From assembly GCA_963813155.1 (NCBI GenBank), contig CAWEYG010000005.1, positions 96,001 through 160,000 of the forward strand: a stretch of 64,000 bases of DNA. The letters are read 5' to 3'. This DNA comes from an uncultured Acidobacteriota bacterium (lineage in GTDB: Bacteria; Acidobacteriota; Thermoanaerobaculia; UBA5066; DATFVB01). Both the position numbers and the translations under genes were made by a program. How positions within the stretch are numbered: the first letter of the stretch is position 1; every line of letters starts with the position of its first letter. The notes under the pieces were generated by a model, which saw only the letters and a list, made by a program, of their open reading frames with translations, had not been told where the DNA came from and did no database searches. Shown here one piece after another: positions 39,784-51,634 of the stretch.

Positions 39784-40956
39784 ATGAAGACCCTCGACGA
39801 CGTCGACCTCCGCGGGAAGACCGTTTTCCTCCGCGTCGACTTCAACGTGCCGCTGAAAGACGGGCGCGTCGCCGACGACATGCGGATCGTCGAGACCGTG
39901 CCGACGATTCGCCGGGCGATCGAGGCCGGCGCGAAACTCGTGCTCGCGAGCCACCTCGGAAAGCCGAAGGGGAAGAGGGACGAAAAGCTCACGCTCCGAC
40001 CCGTTTCGCTCCGCCTGGCGGAGCTCCTGAAGCAGCCCGTCTTTTTCGCGACGGATTGCGTTGGCGAAGAGGTCCGCGCCCAGGTCGCGAAGCTCGCGCC
40101 CGGCGACGTGCTCCTGCTCGAGAACCTCCGTTTCCACGCCGGCGAGGAGAAGAACGATCCGGAGTTCGCCGCCGCGCTCGCGGAAGGAATCGAAATCTAC
40201 GTCGACGACGCCTTCGGCGCGGCGCATCGGGCCCACGCGTCGATCGTCGGCGTTCCGAAGCGCGTCGCCGTCCGCGCCGCGGGGCTCCTCATGGCTTCCG
40301 AGGTCCAACACCTTTCGGCGCTGCTCGAGCCCGAGCGGCCGTTCGCCGCAATTCTCGGCGGCGCGAAGATCTCGACGAAAATGGAGCCCCTGCACGCGCT
40401 CGCCGGCCTGGCGGACATGCTGCTCCTGGGCGGCGGAATGGCGAATCATTTCGTTCGGGCCATCGGACTGCCGGTCGGAAAGTCGCTGCTCGAGGAAGAC
40501 CGCGTTCCGGTCGCGCGGGAAATCCTCGACCTGTGCAAGGAAGAGGGAAAGACGATCGCCCTTCCCTCCGATTTCGTCGTGGCGAAAGACCCCGCGGACG
40601 GAAAGAACGCGAAGACCGTGTCCATCCAGGGAATTCCCCCGGACAAGATGGCGCTCGACATCGGCCCGAAGACCGTCGAGCAGTTCACCCGCCTCCTCGG
40701 CGACGCTCGGACGATCTTCTGGAACGGTCCGATGGGGGTTTTCGAAAGCCCTCCGTTCGACAAGGGGACAATGGCGGTCGCCCGCCTGCTGGCGGAGTCG
40801 GGCGCGGTGACGGTCGTGGGCGGCGGCGAATCCGTGCAGGCCGTCCGCCGGGCCGGAGTGGCCGGGAAGATCACCCACGTTTCGACGGGCGGCGGGGCTT
40901 CGCTCGAGTTCCTGTCGGGCGTCGAGCTTCCGGGGCTGACAGCGCTGGAAGAGTAA
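39784..40956 (+). CDS. pgk: phosphoglycerate kinase
   Basis: RVDFNVP, SHLGKP, LENLRF, DAFGAAHRAH, GGAK, WNGPMGVFE, STGGGASLE. Confidence 0.98.
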   Translation: MKTLDDVDLRGKTVFLRVDFNVPLKDGRVADDMRIVETVPTIRRAIEAGAKLVLASHLGKPKGKRDEKLTLRPVSLRLAELLKQPVFFATDCVGEEVRAQVAKLAPGDVLLLENLRFHAGEEKNDPEFAAALAEGIEIYVDDAFGAAHRAHASIVGVPKRVAVRAAGLLMASEVQHLSALLEPERPFAAILGGAKISTKMEPLHALAGLADMLLLGGGMANHFVRAIGLPVGKSLLEEDRVPVAREILDLCKEEGKTIALPSDFVVAKDPADGKNAKTVSIQGIPPDKMALDIGPKTVEQFTRLLGDARTIFWNGPMGVFESPPFDKGTMAVARLLAESGAVTVVGGGESVQAVRRAGVAGKITHVSTGGGASLEFLSGVELPGLTALEE

Positions 40957-40960
40957 GACC

Positions 40961-41674
40961 GTGAAGAAGCTTTTCGTCGCGAACTGGAAGATGAACAAGA
41001 CGCGCGCCGAGGCGCTGGAGTTCCGGGAAGCGCTTTCGGGCCGCGCCGCGGAGCTCGGCGGGGTCGAAGTCGCGATCGCTCCCGCTTTTCCGTTTCTCCT
41101 CGAGCTCGTCGATTCCCGCGGCCGCTGGTCGACCGCGGGGCAGAATTGTTCGGCGGAGGCGGCCGGGGCATTCACCGGCGAGGTCTCGGCCTCGATGCTC
41201 GCCTCGTGCGGTTGCCGGTACGTGATCCTCGGCCATTCGGAACGGCGCAGGGATTTCGGCGAATCGGAGCCGCTCCTCGCTTCCAAGCTCGCGCGGGCGC
41301 GAGACGCGGGGCTCGTGCCGGTCTTCTGCGTGGGCGAGACCCAGAGGGAGCGGGGCGAAGGCCTGACCCGCGAAGTGCTCGTTCGCCATCTCGAGGCGCT
41401 GAGAAACGACCCTCCGCGCCTACCGCTCGTCGTCGCCTACGAGCCGGTCTGGGCGATCGGCACGGGGCAGAACGCGACGCCCGAACAGGCGGGGGAGTCG
41501 ATCGCCGAGATCCGGCGGCTCCTGCCGGGCCGCGCGGAGCTTCGAGTGCTGTACGGCGGCTCCGTGACTCCCGGGAATTCCGCCAACCTGCTGCGGCAGC
41601 CGGGAATCGACGGCTTCCTGATCGGGGGCGCGTCCCTCGACGCGGTGTCTTTCTGCTCGATTTGCCTGTCTTGA
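40961..41674 (+). CDS. tpiA: triosephosphate isomerase
   Basis: ANWKMN, GAFTGEVS, GHSERR, AYEPVWAIGTG, YGGSV, IGGASL. Confidence 0.98.
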   Translation: MKKLFVANWKMNKTRAEALEFREALSGRAAELGGVEVAIAPAFPFLLELVDSRGRWSTAGQNCSAEAAGAFTGEVSASMLASCGCRYVILGHSERRRDFGESEPLLASKLARARDAGLVPVFCVGETQRERGEGLTREVLVRHLEALRNDPPRLPLVVAYEPVWAIGTGQNATPEQAGESIAEIRRLLPGRAELRVLYGGSVTPGNSANLLRQPGIDGFLIGGASLDAVSFCSICLS

Positions 41675-41759
41675 CTCCGTTTCGGAGTGTCTTGACCCCG
41701 TTTCGGCCCCCGGGCTATGATCTGCGGCTCCCTCGGAAGGGGGACCGGAAAGGTCGCTG

Positions 41760-42107
41760 ATGTTTACATTTCTCGTGGTTCTCTACATTTTCGTCTGCCT
41801 GTTCCTCATCCTCGTCGTGCTCCTCCAGCAGGGGCGGGGCGCCGACCTCGCCGGGGCCTTCGGCGGCGGAGGATCGCAGCAGACCTTCGGCCCGCGCGGG
41901 GCGGCGACTTTCCTGCACAAGCTGACGACCGGATTCTTCGTGGCTTTCATCGTGCTCGCGCTCGCGCTCGCGGTTGTCGAAAGCCGCCCGCAGTCGTCCG
42001 TGATTCGAGAAGGAACGAAGAATCCGAAGACCGCTCCGAAACGGCCGGCTTCGTTTCCGGTTCCCGCGCCCACTCCCGCTCCGGCTCCGCCGAGCACGCA
42101 GAAGTAG
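41760..42107 (+). CDS. secG: preprotein translocase subunit SecG
   Basis: [32 protein letters not shown]; tpiA-secG-tRNA-Leu synteny. Confidence 0.95.
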   Translation: MFTFLVVLYIFVCLFLILVVLLQQGRGADLAGAFGGGGSQQTFGPRGAATFLHKLTTGFFVAFIVLALALAVVESRPQSSVIREGTKNPKTAPKRPASFPVPAPTPAPAPPSTQK

Positions 42108-42115
42108 GTTCCCAT

Positions 42116-42200
<85 letters not shown>

Positions 42201-42217
42201 GACCTATCTTTTCCGGA

Positions 42218-44689
42218 TCAAAACTCCCAGCTGAGTCCCAGGCGCGCGACCCGGGGAGCGACGGTTTCGACCGCCTCCTGGTAAGCGGGGCCCGTGACGT
42301 CGAAGTTCCGGGTCTTCGTCTGCGAATTCGCGAGGTTGAAGACGTCGAGCCGGGCGGAGAGGGTCCCGGCTCCGGCGCGAAACGATCTTTCGAGCCCGAG
42401 ATCGAACGTCATTACATGCTCCGTGCGGGGGCCGTTGCGAATGTCGATTCCGGCGAGCGTGAGATTTCCCCGTTGCGCGGCGAACACGTAGAACGGCCCC
42501 TGGTTGAGGCCGGTCACGACGACCTTTCGCGCGTATGGGGTCCCGTCGTAATACCGCCCCACGCAGCCGAGGCGAAACCCCGCCGGGAGACGGTAGAGAG
42601 CCCGGGCTTTCGCGATGTAGCCCCGGTCGTAGAAGAGGCGGCCGTCCGCATGAATGAGGGTGTTGGGGTTGTCGAACAGCGTGCCGATCACGCCCTCGTC
42701 GTACTCCTGGGACGTCAATCCCTGGCTCGCCTCGCCGACGATTGCGAACCCGGTGAATGACGCTTCCAGCTGAAGCCTTTCCCGGGCGTCGTTCCATCGC
42801 AGGAGAATCTGCGCCCCCCGATGAAAAGCGCGAAAACCCCGCGGGTTCGTCAGGAAGAAATGGTCGTCGCCGAGGGTCGCGGGATCCTGGTCGTAGACCG
42901 TGATCGTCTGGTCGTCCCCGGTTCCCGGGATTCCGTCCCGTCCGGGGTCGACGTAGGAGACGGGGGTATAGCTCGACGCCGGCACGCCCGTGTTCACGGT
43001 TTCGAGCAGGTTCTTCTCGTAGCTCTGCCGCAGGGTGACGCCGAGCGCGAGGCGGGGTCCCGGCCGCCATTGTCCGAGAAACTCGAATGCGTCCGTGACG
43101 GGCGCCTGCAGATGGGGATCGAGGCTCGTGTTCCGGCCGCCGAAAACCCGGAGCGTCGTTGCGTCTTCCCCCGGCTGGTACTGCGAGTCGCCGTTCGCGT
43201 CGACCCAGGTCGCGACGCGCCCGCTCGGGGCGCGCGGATCGGCGGTCTCGAGCTGCTGCCCGAGCAACTCGTGCGCGTAGCGGGCGTAAGAGCCCTGGAA
43301 CAGGAAGTGCTTGCCGGCGGGAACCGTGATCGCGATTCTCGGAGAGACCGTCGTCCAGCGAACTTCGCCGACGGAGGTCCCCGGAAGCCAGCCGGAAGTG
43401 GATTCGAGCCGTGCTCCCGCGGAAAGCGTGAAGAGATCTCCCGCGCGCGTCTCGGTCTGGACGAACAGCGACAGGTTCCGAACCCGCTGGCGGCTGCGAG
43501 GATCCGGGTCGAACAGGGTAACCTCGGATGGCGAACCGTTCAGGAACTGAAGATTGACGTCGTCGAGAACGCGAAACCGGTTCGACGACGCGTTCTCCTT
43601 CCAGCCGAGCCCGACGCTCGCGGTGACGGACAGCGGAATGTCCTTCCCGAACCACGCGGCGCGCGAGTCGTATTCCCGGAGGCCCGTGAGGTTCATTTCG
43701 TACCGGCTTCGCCTGCCGTCCGCGGCCATCGGCGCGGCGCCCGAGAGGTTTCCCGTGAAGAGCTCAATCCCGCTCTGCAGGGATGCCCCCGAGGGAAGAC
43801 GGTTGTCGACGGAGACCGAGCTGTACCCGAGCCGGCCCTCGATGACGGTCGACGGGCCGATCACGAAGCGGTCGGCCGCGGACACGAAGGTGCCAGATCG
43901 AGTCGAATCGAGCGTCGAGGCGGGCGGTTGCAGGGGGGACGCGTCGAGCGCGGAGTCGTGCTGCTTTTCGAAAATGCCGAACGCTTCGAGAGCGTGGCTT
44001 CCGATCTCGTCGGAAAGAGAGAGAGCCCCGGACGTGTGGTTCCAGCGCTCGGGGTCCGACACGTTCTCGGCGTACCGGACGAGCCGATCCGTCGCAAGGC
44101 TCGCGAAATATCTCGGACCGTCGGACCCGAGCGGTCCCCCCAGGCGCGCCTCTCCCTGGACGTATCGCCCGAAATGCTCGGGAGACGCGATTCCGGCCTC
44201 CCGCTGATCGGCCGTCAATCTCCCGCTCTGGAAGTTGTGGTCCGTGTAGGAGAGATCCGCTCCCGCGTGGAGCTCAGCCTCGCCCCGCCGGGGGACGAGG
44301 GAGACGACGATGCCGGGCGCGGCGATCTGCGCGTCGTGCTCGTCGACGAGATAGCGGACCGGGGCGAAAGCCCGAACGTCGGGATCGACTAGCGGAGCGC
44401 CGCCCGAATAGGGATCCGTCAGGTCGATCGAGCCGATCGTAAACGCGTTCTGCGTCCACGTCGTTCCGAATCCGCCGAAGTGGGACGGCAACATGCTTCG
44501 AAGCCCTCCGACGTCGATGCGGCCGGAGACGACGCCCGCAACCTGGGTCTCGAGAGGAGCCCAGACGTTTTGGGCGCCGGGAAGATCGAAAAAATCGGGA
44601 AATTCCTGCGAGAGCGCGACGGCGGGCGAGAGGAAGACCGCGAGAGTTAGAACCGGAATTGCAGGGTTGTTCCTCACTCGCGGCGGCAT
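42218..44689 (-). CDS. TonB-dependent receptor-like outer-membrane beta-barrel
   Basis: Signal peptide; [13 protein letters not shown] and [13 protein letters not shown]-terminal signature. Confidence 0.8.
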   Translation of the reverse strand: MPPRVRNNPAIPVLTLAVFLSPAVALSQEFPDFFDLPGAQNVWAPLETQVAGVVSGRIDVGGLRSMLPSHFGGFGTTWTQNAFTIGSIDLTDPYSGGAPLVDPDVRAFAPVRYLVDEHDAQIAAPGIVVSLVPRRGEAELHAGADLSYTDHNFQSGRLTADQREAGIASPEHFGRYVQGEARLGGPLGSDGPRYFASLATDRLVRYAENVSDPERWNHTSGALSLSDEIGSHALEAFGIFEKQHDSALDASPLQPPASTLDSTRSGTFVSAADRFVIGPSTVIEGRLGYSSVSVDNRLPSGASLQSGIELFTGNLSGAAPMAADGRRSRYEMNLTGLREYDSRAAWFGKDIPLSVTASVGLGWKENASSNRFRVLDDVNLQFLNGSPSEVTLFDPDPRSRQRVRNLSLFVQTETRAGDLFTLSAGARLESTSGWLPGTSVGEVRWTTVSPRIAITVPAGKHFLFQGSYARYAHELLGQQLETADPRAPSGRVATWVDANGDSQYQPGEDATTLRVFGGRNTSLDPHLQAPVTDAFEFLGQWRPGPRLALGVTLRQSYEKNLLETVNTGVPASSYTPVSYVDPGRDGIPGTGDDQTITVYDQDPATLGDDHFFLTNPRGFRAFHRGAQILLRWNDARERLQLEASFTGFAIVGEASQGLTSQEYDEGVIGTLFDNPNTLIHADGRLFYDRGYIAKARALYRLPAGFRLGCVGRYYDGTPYARKVVVTGLNQGPFYVFAAQRGNLTLAGIDIRNGPRTEHVMTFDLGLERSFRAGAGTLSARLDVFNLANSQTKTRNFDVTGPAYQEAVETVAPRVARLGLSWEF

Positions 44690-44744
44690 CGTACCACGCG
44701 AATCCTGCCGCTATAATCCCGCAAATGTCTTCGGGTGAGCTCGG

Positions 44745-45890
44745 TTGAACTCGGATCTTTTCAGCGCGTGCGTTTTTTGCGCCTCGTGGCTCCTCGGCGG
44801 AGATCATCCGGCGCCGCCTTCGTTTTCGGCGGAGCTCGCCGCTGCTTACGCGTCGATGCAGCGCCAGAACGTCACCGCGGGAGCGAGCTCGGACGATCGT
44901 TCCGACGTCACGGCGAAGTTCACGGCCGTGGGCCTGCGGGACGCGCGTCCGGCCGCACCCGGGCTCGGCGCCGGCACTCCCGAATCGGAGCTTCGGCTGT
45001 TCGTTTCGTTTCCGAATTCCCACGACGAGGCGGACGAGGGAGCGGGAGCGCCCGGGCGAATCGTCGCGACCGGGGGAGGCCGCTACGAGAATTACAGCTT
45101 TCTCGCTCGCCGCCGGATCACTGCGGCCGACTCCGTCGAGATCGGATTCGAGCAGAGGCGGCACAAGATCACCGATCTCGTCGATCTCGGCGGTTCGAAG
45201 TTTCAGGTTTCCGAAGAGCGCGATCTGATCGCCGAACGAATCGATTATTTCGCGGGAGCTCGCCACCGCTGGAGGGGCCTCGAGCTGGCCGCGGCGTGGA
45301 ATCACGCGACGTTCCAGGGAAAGACGAACACGGCCGAGAGTGTGATCTCCGCGCGCGGCCATCTCGACGGGGGAGTCGTCGAGGTCCGGGGGCGAAAGGG
45401 AGACTGGGGCGCAGCCCTCTCCGCGGAGGCCCTGGCCGGCTCTCTTCCGGTCGCGGCCGAGTTTCAGCCCGATTTCCAGTCGCGGACCCGGGACTCGACG
45501 GCGTGGACGGAGGCGCTCTCGGCGACGTTGTCGCGCGAGGCGGGAAAGTGGGACGGCTTCGTGTCGGTCTTTCTCGACCGTTCGCGCCTCCCTTTCGTCT
45601 CGCTCGCCGTGCTCGGCGCGGAGACGCGGGCCATGGACGCGGGCAGCCGGGTCGACTCGCGCACGCGGGAGTGGGGGTACGAGCTCTCGATTCGCCGGGA
45701 AGTCGCGCCGGGCGTCTGGCCGAGAATCTTTTATCGCGCCGTCCACGGAAATGAGACCGTCGACCTCATCCCGGACGGCGCGGCCGGAAGCGAGCTGCGC
45801 GTCCGCCGCGGCGGCCGTTTTCCGGGAACCCAGTTCGTCGTGGGTCTCGCGGCGCAATTCCAGATCGGCAGATCGGCCGAAGCGAAGTGA
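44745..45890 (+). CDS. hypothetical outer-membrane beta-barrel-like protein
   Basis: Alternating-polarity strands; stop overlaps the next start (GTGA). Confidence 0.55.
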   Translation: MNSDLFSACVFCASWLLGGDHPAPPSFSAELAAAYASMQRQNVTAGASSDDRSDVTAKFTAVGLRDARPAAPGLGAGTPESELRLFVSFPNSHDEADEGAGAPGRIVATGGGRYENYSFLARRRITAADSVEIGFEQRRHKITDLVDLGGSKFQVSEERDLIAERIDYFAGARHRWRGLELAAAWNHATFQGKTNTAESVISARGHLDGGVVEVRGRKGDWGAALSAEALAGSLPVAAEFQPDFQSRTRDSTAWTEALSATLSREAGKWDGFVSVFLDRSRLPFVSLAVLGAETRAMDAGSRVDSRTREWGYELSIRREVAPGVWPRIFYRAVHGNETVDLIPDGAAGSELRVRRGGRFPGTQFVVGLAAQFQIGRSAEAK

Positions 45891-46435
45891 AGATTCTCGC
45901 TTTCGCGGCGGCGCTCGCGGCCGCCGCTGCGGCATCCGCTGCGTCCGGTTCGGGCATCCTGTTGACGGCCGGGGAGAAGATCCAGGGATCCAACCAGGGG
46001 AACGCCCGGTTCGTTTCCGTGGGAGTCTTCTTCGAAAAGCCTGTCTCCCGCGCGTTCGACACGCGGCTCGAAATTCTTCCCGTCCAGGTGTTTCGCGAGC
46101 GGGCGCGCCCCGAAAGGCAAGGCCCCGCGGACCAGGTCGACGTCGTGACTTCGGCGGCCTGCCTCATGGCGCGGTACCGCTGGCGGGAGGGGTCCCGAAC
46201 CTCGTTTTTCGCGGAAGCGGGCGCCGGGCCCTTCTATGCTTACTCGCGGCCCGTGCCCTCCGGCGGGACGAGGGGCAATTTCTTCGACCAGGTCGGCGTC
46301 GGGGCGCGGCGAGGGCGCTGGGCGTATTTTCTCCGCTTCACGCACGTCTCCAATGCGAACATCGGCCCCCAGCGGCACCGGGGGAATCCCGGCCTCTCGT
46401 TCGCGGCCGCCGGAGCGAGCTGGGCGTTCCGCTGA
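45887..46435 (+). CDS. acyloxyacyl hydrolase / lipid A 3-O-deacylase (PagL-like)
   Basis: Signal peptide; FAEAGAG; NF.DQ.G.G; RFTHVSNA (His-x-Ser); NPG. Confidence 0.78.
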   Translation: MKILAFAAALAAAAAASAASGSGILLTAGEKIQGSNQGNARFVSVGVFFEKPVSRAFDTRLEILPVQVFRERARPERQGPADQVDVVTSAACLMARYRWREGSRTSFFAEAGAGPFYAYSRPVPSGGTRGNFFDQVGVGARRGRWAYFLRFTHVSNANIGPQRHRGNPGLSFAAAGASWAFR

Positions 46436-46494
46436 CGAAAATCGGAACGACGGGAATTTCGGCCGTTGCGCCGCTGGTTGGATAGAATCCGCGC

Positions 46495-47442
46495 ATGTCC
46501 GCAAAGAAAACCCATTACCGCATCGCGATCATCGGTTCCGGGCCCGCCGGCTGGACGGCGGCGCTCTACGCTTCGCGCGCGGAACTGGAGCCTGTCGTCT
46601 TCGAGGGTCCGCAGCCCGGCGGCCAGCTCACGATCACGACCGAGGTCGAGAATTTTCCGGGGTTCGTTCACGGCATTCAGGGGCCGGAGCTGATGGACGT
46701 CTTCCGGGAACAGGCCAAGCGCTTCGGAACGGAGGTCGTGCAGGAGACGGTCGTCGAGGTCGATTTCTCGCGCCGCCCGTTCCGGCTGAAGCTCGATTCC
46801 GGCGCTTCGGTTTCGGCGGATGCGGTCATCGTCTCCACGGGAGCCTCCGCGAAACTTCTCGGGCTCGAATCGGAGAAATCGCTGATGGGTTACGGAGTCT
46901 CGGCGTGCGCCACGTGCGACGGGTTCTTTTTCAAAGGGAAAGAGGTCGTCGTCGTGGGCGGGGGCGACACGGCGATGGAAGAAGCGACTTTTCTCACGAA
47001 ATTCAGCTCGAAGGTCACGGTCGTTCATCGCCGGGAAGAGTTCCGCGCTTCGCGGATCATGCTCGACCGGGCGCGCCAGAACCCGAAAATCGCCTGGGTC
47101 CTCGACTCGACGGTCGAAGAGATCCTGGGAGAAAAGAATGCTGTGTCGGGCGTCCGCCTTCGCAACGCGAAGACCGGGCAGACGACCGATTACCCCGCGC
47201 AGGGCGTCTTTGTCGCGATCGGTCACGAACCGAACACGGAACTCTTTCGGGGAAAGCTTGCCATGAACGACGTCGGGTACCTGATCGTCGAGAGTCCCTC
47301 GACCCGGACCTCCGTCGAAGGCGTCTTCGCTGCCGGCGACGTCTGCGACCCCACTTACCGACAGGCTGTCTCGGCCGCGGGGGAAGGGTGCAAGGCGGCG
47401 ATCGACGCGGAGCGGTGGCTCGCCCACCAGGGGATCCACTGA
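46495..47442 (+). CDS. trxB: thioredoxin-disulfide reductase
   Basis: [38 protein letters not shown]. Confidence 0.97.
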   Translation: MSAKKTHYRIAIIGSGPAGWTAALYASRAELEPVVFEGPQPGGQLTITTEVENFPGFVHGIQGPELMDVFREQAKRFGTEVVQETVVEVDFSRRPFRLKLDSGASVSADAVIVSTGASAKLLGLESEKSLMGYGVSACATCDGFFFKGKEVVVVGGGDTAMEEATFLTKFSSKVTVVHRREEFRASRIMLDRARQNPKIAWVLDSTVEEILGEKNAVSGVRLRNAKTGQTTDYPAQGVFVAIGHEPNTELFRGKLAMNDVGYLIVESPSTRTSVEGVFAAGDVCDPTYRQAVSAAGEGCKAAIDAERWLAHQGIH

Positions 47443-47576
47443 GCGAGCCCGCGGGGGAACCCCCGGGCGAGCCCCCTCAGAGCGCAGATTTCGGTGGGAC
47501 CGTGAGATGGATGGCCGCCCTCTTCGCCGTCATTGCGCTTCTCGCCGCTCTGGCAGGATGGTTGTTGAAGAGATAA
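47439..47576 (+). CDS. possible small single-TM protein (45 aa, CTG start overlapping the trxB stop)
   Basis: [45 protein letters not shown] fills the trxB-suf gap. Confidence 0.4.
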   Translation: MSEPAGEPPGEPPQSADFGGTVRWMAALFAVIALLAALAGWLLKR

Positions 47577-47604
47577 AGAGAAGCAAACAAAGTCCTTATT
47601 CTAC

Positions 47605-47661
47605 TTGACAGGCCTGTCGAATCCCGTTAAATTCTAAATCGTACTGATTTGGTCCTGTTTT
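47605..47661 (+). promoter_or_regulatory. suf operon sigma70 promoter and probable Rrf2 operator
   Basis: TTGACA-17 nt-TAAATT, followed by the imperfect palindrome AAATCGTAC-TGATTTG-GTCCTGTTT. Confidence 0.65.
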
Positions 47662-47680
47662 ACGGGACGCGGGAGTCGAG

Positions 47681-48127
47681 ATGATCCGAATGGCGAAACT
47701 GACCGATTACGCGAGCGTGCTGACGACGTATTTCGCCCGCGAGGAGGGGCGCGCCTACACGGCCCGGGACCTCGCGGCCGAAGCCCATCTGCCGCTGCCG
47801 ACCGTGAGCAAGATCCTGAAGTCGCTCGCGAGGGGGGGCATCCTGACGTCTCACCGCGGGCTGAAGGGCGGCTACACGCTCGCCCGCTCCCCCGAACAAA
47901 TCTCCCTGACGGACATCATCGCCGCCATGGAAGGACCGATGACGCTCACCGAATGCGGCGAAGACGTGGGCCACTGCCCCCACCAGTCGCTCTGCCCCAT
48001 CACGGCCAACTGGCAGCGAATCAACTTCGTCCTTCGCCAGGCTCTCTCGACGATCAGCCTGGCGGAGATGACGCACCCGCTTCCCCGGGAGCTGCGCTTC
48101 GGCGGACCGAAGCTGAGGAGCCTCTGA
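47681..48127 (+). CDS. Rrf2-family SUF system Fe-S assembly regulator
   Basis: [25 protein letters not shown], three Cys; first gene of the suf operon. Confidence 0.92.
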   Translation: MIRMAKLTDYASVLTTYFAREEGRAYTARDLAAEAHLPLPTVSKILKSLARGGILTSHRGLKGGYTLARSPEQISLTDIIAAMEGPMTLTECGEDVGHCPHQSLCPITANWQRINFVLRQALSTISLAEMTHPLPRELRFGGPKLRSL

Positions 48128-49575
48128 TGTCTTCCCGTCCCAACGCGATCGAAGAATTCACCTCGAGCGAATACAAGCACGGGTTCGTCACCGATATCGA
48201 GCAGGAGAGCTTTCCGAAGGGCCTCTCCGAGGAGACGGTGCGCCTGATCTCGAAGAAGAAGAACGAGCCCGAATTCCTGCTCGAATGGCGGCTGAAGGCG
48301 TATCGCAAGTGGCTCACCATGAAAGAGCCGGCCTGGGCCAACGTGCACTACCCGCCGATCGACTATCAGGAGATCGTGTATTTCTCGGCGCCGAAGTCTC
48401 CGAAATCGGCCCCGAAGAGCCTCGACGAGGTCGATCCGATTCTTCTCGAAACCTACGAGAAGCTCGGAATTCCCCTGCGGGAGCGGGAGATTCTCGCCGG
48501 CGTGGCGGTCGACGCGGTGTTCGACAGCGTTTCCGTCGCGACGACGTTCAAGGAGAAGCTCGGCGAGCTCGGAATCATCTTCTGTTCCTTCTCCGACGCG
48601 GTGGCGAATCACCCGGACCTGATCCGGAAATACCTCGGCACGGTCGTTCCGTACAGCGACAACTACTTCGCGACCCTGAACTCGGCCGTCTTCTCCGACG
48701 GCTCGTTCGTGTACGTGCCGAAGGGGGTGCGCTGCCCCATGGAGCTCTCGACGTATTTCCGGATCAACGCGAAGAACACCGGCCAGTTCGAGCGAACGCT
48801 CATCATCGCCGACGAAGGTTCGTACGTCTCCTACCTCGAGGGCTGCACGGCCCCGATGCGGGACGAGAACCAGCTCCACGCCGCCGTCGTCGAGCTCGTC
48901 GCTCACGACGATGCCCGGATCAAGTATTCGACCGTGCAGAACTGGTACCCCGGCGACAAGGAAGGCAAGGGCGGCATCTACAATTTCGTCACGAAGCGCG
49001 GCAAGTGCGAAGGCCGGCGGTCGAAGATCTCCTGGACCCAGGTCGAAACGGGCTCGGCGATCACGTGGAAATACCCGAGCTGCATCCTGATGGGGGACGA
49101 CTCGGTGGGCGAGTTCTATTCGGTCGCCGTCGCGAACAACTACCAGCAGGCCGACACCGGAACCAAGATGATCCACATCGGGAAGAACACGAAGAGCACG
49201 ATCATCTCGAAGGGAATCTCGGCCGGCCACGGTCAGAACAGCTACCGGGGAATGGTGAAGATCCTGAAGGGGGCCGACAACGCGCGCAACTATTCGCAGT
49301 GCGACTCTCTCCTGATGGGCGACCGGTGCGGCGCGCACACGTTTCCGTACATCGACGTCGCGAATTCGACCGCGCAGATGGAACACGAGGCGACGACTTC
49401 GAAGATCGGCGAGGACCAGATTTTCTATTTCCAGCAGCGCGGGATCTCGGCCGAGGATGCCGTCTCGATGATCGTCAACGGGTTCTGCAAGGAAGTCTTC
49501 CGCGAGCTGCCGATGGAGTTCGCCGTCGAAGCGCAGAAGCTGCTCGGCGTTTCGCTGGAAGGGAGCGTCGGATGA
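48127..49575 (+). CDS. sufB: Fe-S cluster assembly protein SufB
   Basis: [42 protein letters not shown]. Confidence 0.98.
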   Translation: MSSRPNAIEEFTSSEYKHGFVTDIEQESFPKGLSEETVRLISKKKNEPEFLLEWRLKAYRKWLTMKEPAWANVHYPPIDYQEIVYFSAPKSPKSAPKSLDEVDPILLETYEKLGIPLREREILAGVAVDAVFDSVSVATTFKEKLGELGIIFCSFSDAVANHPDLIRKYLGTVVPYSDNYFATLNSAVFSDGSFVYVPKGVRCPMELSTYFRINAKNTGQFERTLIIADEGSYVSYLEGCTAPMRDENQLHAAVVELVAHDDARIKYSTVQNWYPGDKEGKGGIYNFVTKRGKCEGRRSKISWTQVETGSAITWKYPSCILMGDDSVGEFYSVAVANNYQQADTGTKMIHIGKNTKSTIISKGISAGHGQNSYRGMVKILKGADNARNYSQCDSLLMGDRCGAHTFPYIDVANSTAQMEHEATTSKIGEDQIFYFQQRGISAEDAVSMIVNGFCKEVFRELPMEFAVEAQKLLGVSLEGSVG

Positions 49576-50330
49576 GCCTGCTCGAGATCCAGAATCTCCA
49601 CGTTCGCGTCGGAGAAAACGAAATCCTGCGCGGCCTCGATCTCGCCGTCGAGGCGGGTCAGGTTCACGCGATCATGGGACCGAATGGCTCGGGCAAGTCG
49701 ACGCTCGCGCACGTACTCGCGGGGAAACCGGGGTACGACGTCACGGCGGGGCGCGTGCTCTACCGGGGACAGGACCTGCTCTCGATGAGCCCGGAGATCC
49801 GCGCCCGGGAAGGGATTTTCCTTGCGTTCCAGTATCCCGTCGAAATCCCGGGAGTCTCGAACACCTATTTTCTCAAGGCCGCGGTCAACGCGGTTCGCAA
49901 GCACCGCGGGCTCGAAGAGCTCGACGCGATCGACTTCTTGGCGATGTTGAAGGAGAAGATGAAGGTCATCGAGATCGACCAGGAGCTCGTCAACCGGCCC
50001 GTCAACGAAGGGTTCTCGGGCGGCGAGAAGAAGCGCAACGAAATCTTCCAGATGGCGGTGCTCGATCCGACGCTCGCGATCCTCGACGAGACCGACTCCG
50101 GGCTCGATATCGACGCGCTGCGCGTCGTCGCCCGGGGAGTCAACGCGCTTCGCTCGCCGGAGCGCGCGACCGTGCTCGTCACGCACTACCAGCGCCTCCT
50201 CGACTACGTGGTCCCCGATTTCGTCCACGTTCTCGTCGACGGCCGGATCGTGCGTTCCGGCGCCAAGGAGCTGGCGCTCGAGCTCGAGGAGAAGGGCTAT
50301 GCCTGGCTGGAGGGGGCCGCGGCGCGATGA
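49572..50330 (+). CDS. sufC: Fe-S cluster assembly ATPase SufC
   Basis: [50 protein letters not shown]. Confidence 0.98.
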   Translation: MSLLEIQNLHVRVGENEILRGLDLAVEAGQVHAIMGPNGSGKSTLAHVLAGKPGYDVTAGRVLYRGQDLLSMSPEIRAREGIFLAFQYPVEIPGVSNTYFLKAAVNAVRKHRGLEELDAIDFLAMLKEKMKVIEIDQELVNRPVNEGFSGGEKKRNEIFQMAVLDPTLAILDETDSGLDIDALRVVARGVNALRSPERATVLVTHYQRLLDYVVPDFVHVLVDGRIVRSGAKELALELEEKGYAWLEGAAAR

Positions 50331-51634
50331 TCGCGACGGAGCCCTCCCTGGGGGTTTTCTCGGAGCTCGACGCTCGTCGCGCGGACGATCCAAAGGAAGT
50401 CCGGGAGTTTCGGCGGTCTGCTCGCGAGCGTTTCCAGAAGCGCGGGTGGCCGACCGCCCGCGAAGAAGACTGGCGCAACACGAACGTTTCGCCGATCGCG
50501 TCGCGGGAATTCCGGCCCGGCCCCGCGGCTCCGACGCAGATTCCCGCTTCCCGGATCGATTCGATCGCTCCGAGGACCGCTCCTCGCGCGGTCTTCGTGG
50601 ACGGAAGGTTCGCGGCCGAGCTCTCGACGCTCTCCGCAGAGCTCTCGATTTCGCCGCTGCGCGACGTCCTCGCGAAGGATCCGCAGAAAGTCCTGCCGTG
50701 GCTCTCGCGGCTGTCGGCCTCGAACGACCCGTTTGCGATGCACAACGACGCCTTCCTCGAAGAGGGCGTGGTTCTCGAAACCCCGAAGGGAAGCGTCGTT
50801 CCGCAGCCGATTCATTTCGTCTATTTTTCGACCGGAGAGACTGGACGCCTGTCTGCCGTTCGAAACCTCGTCCTGGCCGGCGAGAGCTCCCGCTTCACCC
50901 TCGTCGAGACTTTTGCCGGCGCCGGATCGGAGCCGACTTTGACGAACGCAATCACGCAGATCGCGGCGGGAGAGAATTCTGCCGTCGAGCACCTCAAGGT
51001 GCAGCGGGAAGGGCCCGGCGGCTTTCACGTCGGGACTCTCTCGGTCGTGCAGGCGCGCGACAGCCGCTTCACGTCTCACCTGTTTTCGACCGGCGCGGCC
51101 CTCGCGCGAAACAACGTTCACGTCGAGCTCGCCGCGGAGGGCGCGGAGTGCTCTTTGAACGGCCTCTTTCTCGCCGGGGGCTCGCAGCACGTCGACAACT
51201 TCACGGTGATCGACCACGCGAAGCCGCACGGGACGAGCCGCGAGCTCTACAAGGGAATTCTCGACGGAGCCTCGCGCGGCGCTTTCACCGGACGGGTCCT
51301 CGTCCGCGCCGGCGCGCAGAAGACCGACGCCCAGCAGTCGAGCAAGAACCTCATCCTCTCCCGCGACGCGCTCGTCAACAGCACTCCGCAGCTGGAGATC
51401 CGGGCCAATGACGTGAAATGCCGGCACGGCGCGACGACCGGGCAATTGGACGAGGACGCGCTCTTCTACCTGCGGTCGCGCGGCATCTCGGAAGACGCCT
51501 CTCGAAATCTGCTCACGTACGCGTTCGCGGCGGAGCTCGTCCAGAGGGTCGCGCACCCGGATCTGCGCAGGGCCGTCGACGCGGTCCTTCACGAGATCCT
51601 GCCGTTCGCGCCGGAGATTCGGGAGATCGCGTGA
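50327..51634 (+). CDS. sufD: Fe-S cluster assembly protein SufD
   Basis: EDWRNT, AQKTDA.Q...NL.L, PQLEI..NDVKCRHGAT.G, FYLRSRGI. Confidence 0.95.
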   Translation: MIATEPSLGVFSELDARRADDPKEVREFRRSARERFQKRGWPTAREEDWRNTNVSPIASREFRPGPAAPTQIPASRIDSIAPRTAPRAVFVDGRFAAELSTLSAELSISPLRDVLAKDPQKVLPWLSRLSASNDPFAMHNDAFLEEGVVLETPKGSVVPQPIHFVYFSTGETGRLSAVRNLVLAGESSRFTLVETFAGAGSEPTLTNAITQIAAGENSAVEHLKVQREGPGGFHVGTLSVVQARDSRFTSHLFSTGAALARNNVHVELAAEGAECSLNGLFLAGGSQHVDNFTVIDHAKPHGTSRELYKGILDGASRGAFTGRVLVRAGAQKTDAQQSSKNLILSRDALVNSTPQLEIRANDVKCRHGATTGQLDEDALFYLRSRGISEDASRNLLTYAFAAELVQRVAHPDLRRAVDAVLHEILPFAPEIREIA

